64,000 nt of DNA from Selaginella moellendorffii. Lineage: Eukaryota; Plantae; Lycopodiophyta. The DNA lies in NCBI RefSeq assembly GCF_000143415.4, contig NW_003314323.1, positions 562,499-626,498 on the forward strand, in the 5' to 3' direction. Of the stretch, positions 1 through 11,984 are shown piece by piece. The position numbers were made by a program, and so were the translations under genes. The notes below the pieces were generated by a model. It was not told the origin of the DNA, did no database searches, and was given only the letters and a program-made list of their open reading frames with translations. Numbering within the stretch: the first letter of the stretch is position 1; each line of letters opens with the position of its first letter.

Positions 1-459
1 TAATCTAATTTTAAGAAGAATCTAAACTAGCAAATAAAACAGAGTGTCCACGAATCTCATCTTGTTCTTCAAAGAAGCTCTCATCTTGCTCTTACAAAAA
101 GCCCACATCTTGTTCTTATGGTGCTACAACAAATTAAGTACCACTTCAAATACCTCTCTTGGACTGCCCTCCCACCATTTTGACTAACAGTACATTGAAG
201 GGTATCCTAGCTAATCTAATTTTAAGAAAAATCTAAACTAGCAAATAAAACAGTATTCATGAATCTGTTCTTCAAGAGAAGCTCTCATCTTGCTCTTACA
301 AAAAGCCCACATTCTTCTGTGATACCTTGTCATTATTTGTATGCATCTAAACTGCCCATAACAATAGAAGATTTCTCTTAAGTGACCTAAATCAAAGGCC
401 CCATTGGATTCTCAAGCATATTCCCACATAGGGCTCAATTGAATATACTAGGGAATCTG
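1..459. repeat. AT-rich repeat arm containing a ~211-bp tandem duplication; inverted copy at ~4613-4988
   Basis: TAATCTAATTTTAAGAA(G/A)AATCTAAACTAGCAAATAAAACAG occurs at 1 and 212. Blocks 320-375 and 402-459 are near-exact reverse complements of ~4738-4793 and ~4613-4670. Confidence 0.8.
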
Positions 460-1789
460 TTACTCTATGACACAGTTAGTACCTAAAGATCTCATTCTAC
501 TTCTCTGACCAAGATCCTCGCCTGGAAATCGTCACAGCATCGCAGCGCAATCCGGCATTGTGCTCGGCAGTGGCGAAGGCACAGCTCGGACTAACAGCGA
601 ATATCTCGAGTGAAGCAGCGGCATTCCAGGGAAACGCGATCGATTGCAGATCTCCTCGTTGCCCTAGCTGCGCTAGAAGATCCTGACTAGAGTTCTGCCA
701 CGTAGGACCGCCCCGTGTCTGAGATTCTATAGTAGCGCAATTTTCGAAAGGCACTCGCGCTAGTGCTTTGATTCCTCGTCTAGGGGTTTTAGCTGGGAGC
801 AAGCTTGCTAGATCGCCGATCAATGGAAGGATGGTGGCGTTGGTGCCAATGTATATGCATTTCAGTCGCCAGGGAGGAGCGAAATCTTCGAGCGATAGCG
901 CAGCATCGGCATACACAACAATCTCATCCAAAGTTCCTTCGCAGTGCGAGATGAAACAAAGTAAGTTCATCGCCATGGCCGCTCTGGACAGTGGACGATG
1001 AATAAGGCGCATTGGCATTTCTCTCCAAGGTCTAGTTTTGGAAAGAAGAAAATCATGATGTTAGCTCATTCTTTTTTTTGCAAGGTCTTGGATCCACAGG
1101 CATCTCACAATTGCTAAGCTTACAAGGTGGTACTTTTATTTCGCCTTCTTCTTTTTCTTGCTGGAATGTTTCATTTTCTTCCAGCTTAGATCAAAGAACG
1201 CTATCGTTTTAGCGATGGTGGAGAGCCTGGAGGAACGGCAGGACGGCCAATCTATGCTGCCAGAGAAAATTCTGGTGTGGATGGAGTTATGATTGTTGTC
1301 ACGAGGTACCTATCATCGTTTTTCCAAACGAAAGAACAAAAGCTAATTGGAAATCCAGGTACTTTGGTGGAACGAAGCTTGGAACTGGAGGACTCGTTCG
1401 ATCTTATGCAGGAATCGCTGCTGACTGCCTCAAAAAAGCACCGACGCACATTGTCAAAGCAAAGGTTTTCTTATGTAGTCTACTGACTTGCATCGAGTGT
1501 GTAGATATACTTGGTTCTCAAACTTGGCTTTGATCATCTTGGAGATGTGTACCCTCTCCTAAGCATTGGTGTTATTAGTTTCGATCTTTATGTCTTGATG
1601 GCCAACGAATCCAGCTTCAGCTTCACGGTGCCGAGAACATTAAAGAAAGCAGCAGGACGTGGGTACTTGGAATTTAGTTATGGTGGGACACGGTGACAAT
1701 GGTGAACCAGAGTCGACTCTAGAGTTATTCCAGAAGATGAAAGCTCGGGGCTCTCAGCCAAACGCTCGGAGCTACGTTGCTGCAGTGAA

Positions 1790-2040
1790 GGCTTGCACAA
1801 GTCTGGCAAGCTGCTAAAGGTGGTCTCGAGTTGGAGTATTTCGTCGCAAACACGCTGGTGGATTTCTACGTCAAATGTGGAAGCTCGGCAGACGCTCGCA
1901 GAATTTTTGACAAGATGCCACTGCACGATGTCGTGTCCTGGACGGCGCTGGTGCTGGGCTACGCTGAAAACGGTGAAGGCCAGGTGGCCTTGGATCTCTT
2001 AGAGGACATGCAACGTCGGGGCTGTACACCGAATGCTTAA
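1790..2040 (+). pseudogene. PLS-class PPR gene fragment
   Basis: ANTLVDFYVKCGSSADARRIFDKMPLHDVVSWTALVLGYAENG...MQRRGCTPN forms an S+P motif pair and is followed directly by a stop. Confidence 0.8.
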
Positions 2041-2675
2041 GCTCACTACTTTCAGTGCATTGTTAGAGGGACAAGAAAGCAAACGAGAAGAAATCCTGGC
2101 GATCTGTCTCCAGTAAGTGACGATGATCTTTTTTCTTTCATTCTTTTTTGCTGATGCCTGTGTTTGGTTTCAGTGGTGTTCCCTGACAAAAAAGGTAGCA
2201 GCTTCCTCTAGAGATGTTTTGCAAGAGAAGAGCGAGAAGATGGACGTCTCTCCAAAGCAAAGTTTTGAGAAACGAGATGGCGATTTCTCTCAGTGCAACG
2301 AAGTGGAACGAGCGGCTGAAATGGTTGAAGTGGCTGACAGACAATTACCGCCTTTTCAGCACAGTGCGAAGAAGCTACCATGCACTCCTCATGCAAGCGC
2401 TGGAAATGGTGGCGATCCCACTCCGAACTGGCTACTCGATAACAAGTATGTATCACCAGGAGATAGCTTCTGGGACGACGTCCTTGGGAGCAAGAAAGGT
2501 GACTGCTCGGAAGTGAAGTCGCTGATGGCCCGAATTTATTGAACTCTCCGCTACCAGTCGTGTGCTTCGACTTTGCGAGTCATGACAACGTCCCACTGAC
2601 GAAGGAAAGGCAATCGTGAACGATCCGTCGTCCTCAGTCTCCGGTGAGAAGTTGTCCGATTGGCTTCCAGCTGAA

Positions 2676-3128
2676 TTATGTGCAGATCACCGCCCCAGCT
2701 TTATCGGCCTGTTGACCACTCTGCTTCGCTTGACTTTCGTCGACCAGCAAACTCTTCTTTGTCTCATCTTCAACTGGAGCACGCTTGAGCTTCTTGTTCT
2801 TATGTGCTATGTCGACTTCCTGAGTGTTGCTTAACCTTGGCCGCTTCATGTAGGTTAGTCTTGTTTTTCCACCATAGGTGAATCTTTTCTTGCACAGATT
2901 GCAGCGATACCTTGGCTGGCTAATGTTATCATTATTGAAGTAATCAAAGTTGCTGCACTCACCGTGATTGCATTTCATACAGGTTAGGTGCTGCTGTTTC
3001 AAGTACATCTTCAATTCATCCACGCTTCCAAACTGAAGGCCACTTTGCTGGGAGGATAAAGACCAAAACAGTGGGTAGTTCTGGAGAAGATGGAACTCCT
3101 TGTACACCTTGCTGCTCTTGTTTGGCAT
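2676..3128 (-). CDS. Divergent Dof-like C2C2 zinc-finger protein (150 aa)
   Basis: CMKC-x22-CNLC with F.YFNN...SQPRY.C..C.KRFTYGG..R, matching the Dof consensus pattern. Basic NLS-like stretch (KRPR...KNKKLKR) follows. Confidence 0.7.
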   Translation of the reverse strand: MPNKSSKVYKEFHLLQNYPLFWSLSSQQSGLQFGSVDELKMYLKQQHLTCMKCNHGECSNFDYFNNDNISQPRYRCNLCKKRFTYGGKTRLTYMKRPRLSNTQEVDIAHKNKKLKRAPVEDETKKSLLVDESQAKQSGQQADKAGAVICT

Positions 3129-3283
3129 CGCTGCTGGCTTCTCTGCTAAAAGGACAAGTGAAAACCTAAAATACTTCCTTTTTTACAAGCTTAAGGGATG
3201 AAATGTGTGTTTAAAGTTTTGAGGAAAGGGAGTTTTATTAAACATCTTTTAATTTCCACCCTTATATCTCACTAGAGTCCGGT

Positions 3284-4170
3284 TGCTTCTTCTCTGGACG
3301 AATTCGTCTTCCACCCTCGAGTCTGCCAGGCCGCATTGGAGCTCCCCGGATCAAATAGAGTCGATCAATAAGCTTTTCGTTTTCCTTTCTTCTAATTACA
3401 AACGTAAGAACTTCGTCTCTGGATTCGGAGGTTTGCTTGTACAAGGATTATCTCTTCATCAAGCTCCCAGGATTCAGTGTCACGAACTGCACTCTGATCT
3501 CAACATGGTCCTGCTCGACATCAATTCCTTCCTCACGTTTTGGATTCCACTCCATTCACTACTCCACTTTGCATCCGCATCTCACACAGACCTTGCTCTG
3601 CTGTATTGGCAATCGAACGGAGGGATGGAAAACTTGGAGATAAGGGGATACTTGATCGAAACTTACAGAGAAGTCGCTGCTGGAGACGCGTAAGCATTTT
3701 TGCTCTTGAGTTCCATGAGTTTTCTTTTGAGTTCCATTAGTTTTCCACGAGTTAAACTATATCTCTGTGAATCCAGGATTACTTTGGCGATGGAGCGCAC
3801 ATGCTCAGCACAAAACACCCAAGGTCTTTGTTTCTCTTTGCAGTGTTTCTTTTTATCTCAAAATCACGGTCACAGAGGAGGAAAGTTCAGAATGAAGACT
3901 TGGTAAGCTTTGTAGGCTGGTAGAAGGACTTAAAAGTAGGCCAAGTTGTTTGCCATAAGTGCCTTCCTCTGGTTTACAACAATGGCTTTGTTTAATATGG
4001 TATTGTCTTTGTGATGGTTTCATCTCATCCTCTTTTCTCTTTGTTCTTTAGGCAAAAACGAGTGAACACAATGTAGTTCTAATCAAAGGGCCTCAAATGT
4101 GGCACTTGTTACATGTATTCAGCTTGTTCCAGATGAGGGCTATGGAAACCACCAGCTGAAACCAAAATGA
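3284..4170 (+). pseudogene. Degenerate duplicate of the 3' part of the PhyH-like gene plus a decayed thioesterase last exon
   Basis: Near-identical to ~8276-9230 including introns. Has internal deletions, including loss of the TVHHGWTLH (distal His) segment. Confidence 0.85.
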
Positions 4171-4612
4171 GAATGTTGAATCTTCATAGAGAAAGAAAAA
4201 CTATGGAGAAGGTAATACGTTTCCTTGTATTTTACTAGATATGGCTAGAGACACAGGACTCTCCAGAAATGATCTAAATAGTCTGGATGTTGAGCTGTGG
4301 GATTCTAAACCAGAGTCGAGAAAATCCATTGCGATAGTGGATTGCTCTACTCTGATACGTGCCCTTAACTTGCAACGTACTCTCAAAGTCTCAAGCTTTG
4401 AGGGTGTTATTTGGAAGAAAATATTGCTCTTGACTAGGTCCTTCCTTAATCTACAAACAAGTTGATTTGAGCTTTAGAGTAAGAAAAAACTGAAGTTTCC
4501 AGTGAAAGACAAGAGTCTGATATGAGATCTTTAAGTACTAGCTGTGTGTGAAATTATGGCATGCTATTCATACTATGAACACGCAGTTCACGCAGCAGAT
4601 TGTTGGAAGTAC

Positions 4613-4988
4613 CAGATTCCCTAGTATATTCCATTGAGCACTATGTGGGAATATGCTTGAGAATCCAATGTCAAGTAATAGAGTTAAGGATGGTGACAAA
4701 GAAATTTACTAGATATTCCTAAGAGTGATAAACATGAGAAATCTTCTATTGTTATGGGCAGTTTAGATGCATACAAATAATGACAAGGTATCATAAAAGA
4801 ACAAGATGTGGGTTTTTTGTAAGAGCAAGATGAGATTCATGGACACTCTGTTTTATTTGCTAGTTTAGATTCTTCTTAAAATTAGATTAGCTAGAATACC
4901 TTTCAATGCCCTGCTAGTCAAAGTGGTTAAGGAGGGTAATCCAAGAGAGGTATTTGAAGTGGTATTTAATTGTTGTAGCATCATAACA
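4613..4988. repeat. Inverted copy of the repeat at 1-459
   Basis: Reverse complement matches 1-240, 320-375 and 402-459 in blocks. Confidence 0.8.
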
Positions 4989-6513
4989 GTTGATCCTTGC
5001 TGAAGTTATACTTGTGCTTTATTAAAAGTCTGAGTAAAAACCGTTAATTCAATAATTTCAAATGGCAAACTTTAAATCTACAAAAAAGAAATAACTTGCC
5101 TATGGACATTCAAATCTTCATCCACTGTGAAGTATGCATTATATTTCTCCTCTTTTGCCTGAATAAGAAATTTATTTGTTACAAGTCAAAGTAATGGAAG
5201 GCTCTCCAAAAAGGTTTTTAGAAAAGACGATAGGAATTTTTCACTATTAGAATAATGTGTATCCCCTAAATAATTATTTTCACACTTCTGTAATTGTTTT
5301 ATATTTTGTAAATCTAAAGTTTCCCATCTGGAATTGCCAAATGAAAGATAAAGCACAGTTACTGTTTTGGCAAGAATCAAAACTATTGCAATTCACCCCA
5401 TCTTTGTCAAAACCCAACCCTAGACCCAAATTTCTTGAATGGACAACAATTATATCAATTATGTATATGAAGGATATGATGATAGATGGGTATAGCCACA
5501 ATATGAACTCACGATTGGATTCTTGGTTGCCCAAGGCTTAGTGGAATATACCATCTAGTACTTATAGCAGATGAAAACCAGTGTAGGCCAATAAATGGAT
5601 TCACCATGCATGCATGCAAGGCAGCAATAGAGAGTTATTTTCGAAATACAAACATATGGAAGCCCATTTTATGAATAGTATGATACCGTGTGCCGCACTG
5701 TCTGCTGCCACTTTCTTCCCTCTAAATAAGAAGAAAAAGGAAAGAAATGCTCGTCAATAAAAAAAAAATGTTCCTGAGAAAAGATATCTTAGTTTATACT
5801 TTTTTAGCCACCTTTATTTTTTGAAAAAAAACTGTTTATGTTTACTTATCCACACAATTGTCTATCCTTTCTCAGGCCCCTGAAAGAGCCATCCTTCCAT
5901 CATTGGGAAAAAGAAAGAGAGCGAAGCGTCATCTACAGAACGAGTGATACATGATATAAAACTCATCCATCTTCTAAGCTCCAGTGAATAAGCCCTCAAG
6001 AACAAAGAAAAACAAAGAATTTTCCTTCACACACACAAGCTACAAGAAAACGCAAGCATGACCTCTTCAGCATTAGGTTGAGATCGCGAAATTGAGAACC
6101 GTCTGAATCCAAACATTCGTTTCCTCTCATATGAGTGCAAAATACTTCCAAGGCCTGGCGGACCAAGAAATACCAGAAAGGAAGATCAAAGAAATGTTTG
6201 CAAAAGATATCGGGCCTCCTTGGGCGCCCTGGGTACCAAGCGCTATCCGGTAGATCACGGTGGGGTTGACCATACCGACTTAGCACTACTGGGTCACCGA
6301 CGAGGGGGGCCAAGTGGTCAAGGGTCAGCGACCCCATTTACTAAGCAACCCGAGGGATGCAAGCGCCCTTTCAGGCTCTCCCGGATTAACCCTTTTTGCA
6401 ACTCCATTTCTTTTATACTGGTGTTTCTCTACTGCGCCTTGGCTGGTGGGATAGGTTTTCAGCTTACATGGCACAACACCCGCATCTCCGGGGATGACTA
6501 GGATGGTTGGCTG

Positions 6514-7840
6514 TCAACCTGGCATTATCCCCTTACCCAGCAATTTTCCAGCCGACATTTCCACAACCTTTGCATTTCGACCCAGAAGAATCGTCCACAA
6601 GCCCAGCTGTGGAACAAATGGCATGGATTGCTCCAGCTGACCAGCTCGCTCCAGCGTCAACCAAGCAGTAGTAATGCTCGATCTTGGGAGAGATCCCAAA
6701 GTCTGCCAAAAAATCTCGGCAACACTGCGCTGCTAGAATTGTCGTGAAGATGGCTTGAAAGCCAGCAAGATCACCTCTCGAAAGAGATCCAGTGCCTCCC
6801 TCACGCGTCCGTGAGGGACATAGGCCGCAATGATCGAGCTCCAGGCCTCCATCTTCTTTTCAAATCGCCCAAAGGTTGTTCTGGGGGATTGGGCTGTGCG
6901 AGCGCAAAGATCACGGTGATAAGCGCCCCTGAGTTGCGATCCGGCATTGTCTCGTAGTTGTCCCTGGCCTTCCTGTGCATAAGCTTGCATCATCACAGTG
7001 GATGTCACAGCGTTTATCTCTGGCATTTCGACGAAGATTTTCACTATAATCGGCAGCTGACCAGTGAGGACAAGAGAGTGTTGTAAGATACCAGGTTGTG
7101 GCCGGGCATTTGCTCAAAGAAATCTTTGCAGCGGTGGACGTCGGGTGTGTAGCAAGCGAGCATGGTGTTCCAGGAGACCATGTCCAGGCACGCCAAAGCA
7201 TCAAACACTGCTCGAGCTTTGTCGGTCTTGGAGTGAACGGCGTATAATACAATCATGTTGGTCCAGGCTGACGAGAAACTGGGATCTTCCACGTGTACTC
7301 GTCGTGAGCGTGCATGATTTGAAAGAGCTCCATAGCTTTAGTGTAATGCCCGGTCTGGGCATATGCAGAAATCATAAAGTTCCACAACTCCACGTTCCTC
7401 ACGGGCCTATTCTAGGACATACATTGCGCGAGATCCATAACGCCGTTCTCAACGGCATTCATCACAGCCGTCCACACTGCCACGTCCTTGGACGGCATCC
7501 TCTGAAAGACCCGGCGAGCGTCGTCCAGATACCCCCTCTAGGCATATGCCTAAAGGAGGATATTCCAGGAGAAGGAATTGGGATCTTAGACCCCAGCGAA
7601 GACGGAGAGAGCGTGCTCGAGGTTGCCACAGCGCGCATACATCTGGACGAGGAGATTGGCGAGGTAGCGATCGTCGCGGCATTGCGCGCAGCTCTGGATC
7701 GAGGCGTGGAGCAGCGCGCCGCGATCGAGGGTCTTGACATTGGCAATCCTGCAAGGGAATTCTTGTACTTGCTGCTCGTTTGCGCGAGAAGGAAGAGAAA
7801 AGGAATGGATCATCCATCCAAACTTGCCAATTTGCCCCAC
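6514..7840 (-). pseudogene. Frameshifted PLS/E-class PPR pseudogene
   Basis: PPR motifs spread over several frames (DRYLANLLVQMYARCG; VSWNTMLACY; AWSSIIAAYV..G...EALDLFREV), plus an E-motif remnant (RAGQLEQSMPFVPQLGLWTILLG). Confidence 0.85.
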
Positions 7841-7866
7841 ATTTGAATTTAGGGCTCCTGTGTGCT

Positions 7867-9053
7867 ATGGTTTGGAGCTGTTCTTCCCTCCCCGGCCACG
7901 CGAATGTGGGCTCTGGAAAAAGAAGCACGGTCGTGTCGCTGGAGCAGCAGCTGGAGTTCGCGAGGAAGGGGCATGTTTGCATCCGGAGATTGTTCTCCAG
8001 CGCTGAGATTAAGCTTCTCAGGCAGAGGATCCAGGTGCAAATCTGCAAGGAGGAAGAAATGCTCGCGGCTTACAAGCACCGCGTCTCGGTGCTGTGCCCG
8101 GGCATCGATTTGCGTAGCGTCCAAAGCGTCAAGCAAGCCAGAGCGTTGATCCAATCCAAGGTATATAAGTTCTATAGTTTTTTGGATTAGAAGTTTTCAA
8201 TCATCTTTTCTCTCTTGTTGTTCCAGGGGAATGACGATCTTGGTTTCTTGCAAATGTTCCATCTCCACCGAAGAGCTTCTTCTCTGGACGAATTCGTCTT
8301 CCACCCTCGAGTCTGCCAGGCCGCAGCAGAGCTCCTCGGATCAAACAGAGTCGATCGATAAGCTTTTCGTTTTGCTTCTTCTAAGAACAAACGTAACAAC
8401 TTCGTCTCTGGATTCGTAGGTTCGCTTGTACCAGGATTGTCTCTTCATCAAGCTCCCAGGATTCAGTGTCACAAACTGGCACTCGGACCTCAACATGGTC
8501 CCGCTCGACACGAACTCCTTTCTCACGTTTTGGATTCCACTCCATTCACTGTCACAAACGGACTCCACGCTCCACTTTGCGTCCGCGTCTCACACGGACT
8601 TTGCTCTGCCGTATTGGCAATCCAACAGAGGGATGGACAACTTGGAGCGAAGGGGATACTCGATCGAAACTTACAGAGAACTCGCTGCTGGAGACGCGTA
8701 AGTAGTTTTTTTTCTCTTGGGTTCCATGAGTTTGTATCTTTGTGCATCCAGGACTGTCCACCATGGCTGGACCTTGCACTTTGCGCCCGAGCAACCGGTT
8801 AGTAGCTCGTCCTCTCGTCTTGCATGGACAGTGAGCTACTTTGGCGATGGAGCGCGCTTGCTGAGCACAAAACATGCAAGGTCTTTGGTTTTTGTTTGCG
8901 GTGTTTGTTTTTATCTCAAGATCACGCTCACGCAGGAGGAAAGTCCAGGATGAAGACTTGGTAAGCTTTGGAGGCTGGTTCAAGGACGTAAAAGAAGGAC
9001 AAGTTGTTCGCCACAAGCTTCTTCCTCTAGTTTACAACAACGGCTTCGTTTGA
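7867..9053 (+). CDS. Phytanoyl-CoA dioxygenase (PhyH)-family 2-oxoglutarate/Fe(II) dioxygenase, 5 exons
   Basis: Spliced product has LEFARKGHVCIRRLFS, RLYQDCLFIKLPG..TNWHSD (HxD), TFWIPL, LHFASASH and GDATVHHGWTLH (distal His). Phase-consistent GT-AG introns, e.g. 8161-8226. Confidence 0.85.
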
Positions 9054-9294
9054 TACTGTATGGTTTCTGTGATAGTTGCTTCCCATCCTCTTTTCTCGTC
9101 GTTCCTCAGGCCAAAACGAGCGGACCAAACGTAGTTCTCAGACTTTGGCTCTTGTCACTGCCTGGATTCCAGCTTCTTTTGGACGAAGCCTTCCTGTGCT
9201 GCAGAAACCACCAGCTATAAACGAAATGCGAACGTTGGAGGAAGAAGAAAACTATAGAGAATGCCTCTCCTTGTCTTCGAAAGTGGCCGGAGAC

Positions 9295-9495
9295 GACCCC
9301 ATTTACTAAGCAACCCGAGGGATGCAAGCGCCATTCTTTCAGGCTCTCCCGGGTTAACCCTTCTTGCAACTCCATTTCTTTTATACTGGTGTTTCTCTAC
9401 TGTGCCTTGGTTTTAAGCTTACATGGCACAAGGAATGACTATGGTTGAAAATATAAGCTCGATGCTCCCAGAAGAATCAAATGGCATGGATTGAG
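9295..9495. repeat. Local direct duplication of ~6330-6630 with deletions
   Basis: Shared ACCCCATTTACTAAGCAACCCGAGGGATGCAAGCGCC...CCATTTCTTTTATACTGGTGTTTCTCTAC and CAAATGGCATGGATTG. Confidence 0.75.
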
Positions 9496-9669
9496 TTCCA
9501 TGAGTTAAATTATATCTTCGTGGATTCCAGGCTTGGGCTTTGCGCCAGAGCAACTGCCTAGTAGCTCGTCCTTTCGTCTTGCATGGCTACAACATTTGAT
9601 GGTATGGTTTCTGTGATAGCTTCTTCCCGTGCTCTTTACGAGCGTAGTTCTCTTCGAAAGGTGCTCTTC

Positions 9670-11864
9670 TCACAGCCTAGATTCCAGCTTCTTTCGGACG
9701 AGGCCTTCCTGTGTTGCGGAAACCACCAGCTAGAAACGAATTGCGAACGTTGATACTTCACAGTGGAAGAAAACTTAAGGAAAATACCTTTCCTTGTCTC
9801 GAGTAAATATGGCCAGAGACAAATGCTCGACCTGATGCGGCACGGGGACTCTCCATCTGCAATGAGAAACTGTGAACACACGAAGAAAGTAAATTTGCAG
9901 TACCGAGAAGAGGTGCCAGTCAGTTGCTTTGACAGAAGTGTGGAACCATAGCCTGACAGCACAAAAATCAATAAACAAAAGTTTATGTTTTTGATGATCA
10001 CAACTTACGAATGATCCATACTGAGTACTTTGATGTCTGTAAAAATCCCAGTTGGTCCGGATGTCCAGCCGTGGGGCCTAAAAGCCGACTCGAGAAAAAT
10101 CCAATCGGAAGCATAGGCCAGGATACAGCTGCTTACACAAAACAAAATACTAAAAAAGTCATGAAAATCACAATGGTGGCTTGTTTTTACCGGTGTAACG
10201 CTTGATCATCCGGAAGCGTACCTTTGGCTCGAAACCATAACGCCAGTCTAACAAACATCAAATTAAAACGCGTCCACTCTTATCTTATTCTCTACCTTGA
10301 CTCGCATGGTTCCGGGTCCACTTCATCAAAGTCGTCGCAACGACGCAAATCCAGAGGGTGTTCTTTGGAAGAATTGTTCTTCAGGAGTTCCTTCTTTGAT
10401 CTGTGAACAAATGGATTTAAGCTTTAGAGCAAGAAGAAACATAAGTTTACAGTGAAAGGCGAGGGTCCGAGAGGTAGCGCTGCTGAGCAATTTCTTCGGG
10501 TACCAGCTGTGCAAATAAAACTCTTTCTTAAGAGCGAAATATGCAAAGGTAAGAAATTAATACCTCCTCAGGTGGTGGCACACAAGGCACGGGAAGCTGG
10601 TGTTCAGCGCCACTCTCTCCCCTCTAAAAAAGATTAGAAGTAAAAAGCAAAGAAGAGAAAAGAAACGTTCATCAGCAAAACAATGGATTTTCATATCGCA
10701 CCCGAAATGATGCAGTCATTGTGAAGATAATTTGGTCGCTTTGGAATGCACTCACGGATCGATTTGCAAAGTTGTATCCATCCCGGATTCTTTGGACGCG
10801 ATAAATTATTGGGACTGCAAGAAAATCATAGCGACAACGATGAAAAACTCGTTACAAGCAAGGTAAAATAATCTATATGACAGAAAACCCATCCAGACTT
10901 ACTGCTTTTATCACCGGGAAATAGAAAATACGAGTGGAGGCTGTGTACCAGCAAGAAAGGATTTACGGACTTGCTCGCCGCAGCCAAAGCCTGCAACAGA
11001 AGAATTACAAGACGTAATATGGTTTCTCGTCATTCAAGTTTTGAGACTAAGCACAAACTTGCCCAACTAGTTGCCCTCCAAATATCTGCTTGAATTCTAC
11101 AAGATTAGGATTAGAGAATCCACGGTAAAAATCGATCTGAAAACGAAGAAAAAACCAAAACAATAGGTAAAAGAAAAGCAAACATTTTTAAAAAATGGCG
11201 GACCTCCACTTTTTCGAGTTGTAGAAGTTTTTCTATGACACTCGTTCCACCGGGTGTCCAAATATGTTTGGTATGAATCAGCGCAGTATCAGCAGAGTTG
11301 AGAACCAAGAAAACAACCTGGGGAAATAAATTGAAAGAATTAACACCCAGAAAACATAAGTAAAAAATGTTCCATGATTCACCTTGCCACTCGCTGTAGC
11401 ACCTTGGAGCTCTTCTTGAGTTACTAGAAAGAAGATACCATAAGAAAATAATGCAAAGCTTACACACAAAACACTAACCAAAACCTCCTCGACTCAGGAT
11501 TTTTACGCTTGAATTCCCTGTGTCAAGCACAAGCTAAAAGTCGCGTTCAAGTTAAAGAGAGAAAGCAACATTTTTCTTCTTTCTTTCTCGTTACCTCTCC
11601 ACTCCAAACAATGTAGACTCCGCGAGGAAGATTTGAAAGCTCTAATGGTACTGAAAAAAAAAAGCTAGACACCAAGAAATAAAGGCAAAAAAAATACTTA
11701 CAACACTCTTTTGGTTGCACAGCAAGAGCTAATCTTTCAAACGCAGTGATTGGGAGCTGCTGGAAGCTTGGAATCGAGCCCAGAAATTCGAGAACTAAAA
11801 CAATGGATGAGAAGTGGTAGAGAAATGCGTTTGTTACCTTGCGACAGTGTGACTCCCGTCCCAT
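9670..11864 (-). CDS. ACH2: Peroxisomal acyl-CoA thioesterase II (TesB-type) with N-terminal cNMP-binding-like domain, ACH2-like, multi-exon
   Basis: Exons give VLEFLGSIPSFQQLP, QALAAASKSV...VHSLHSYFLFPGD, PIIYRVQRIRDGYNFANRSV, WFHTSVKATDW and ESPRAASGRAFVSG. Last exon 9670-9729 reads LVVSATQEGLVRKKLESRL* (PTS1 SRL). Confidence 0.85.
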
Positions 11865-11886
11865 TGATCCGGAAGAGATCGCCCAT

Positions 11887-11974
11887 TTAGGGTTTATGAT
11901 CATTAGGGTTTATGGGCAACGAGCAAAAACGAAGCAAAAAAGAAGAAAATGGGGCTTCTGGTTATTTAGGGTTT
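11887..11974. promoter_or_regulatory. Three telo-boxes (TTAGGGTTT) in a 120-bp divergent intergenic region
   Basis: TTAGGGTTT at 11887-11895, 11903-11911 and 11966-11974, between ATGs at 11864 (-) and 11985 (+). Confidence 0.65.
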
Positions 11975-11984
11975 ATCGTTGGTC

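Noticed and set aside
497-1018. 173-aa minus-strand ORF
   Set aside because: No recognisable motif and it lies in a rearranged region, so it cannot be supported as a gene.
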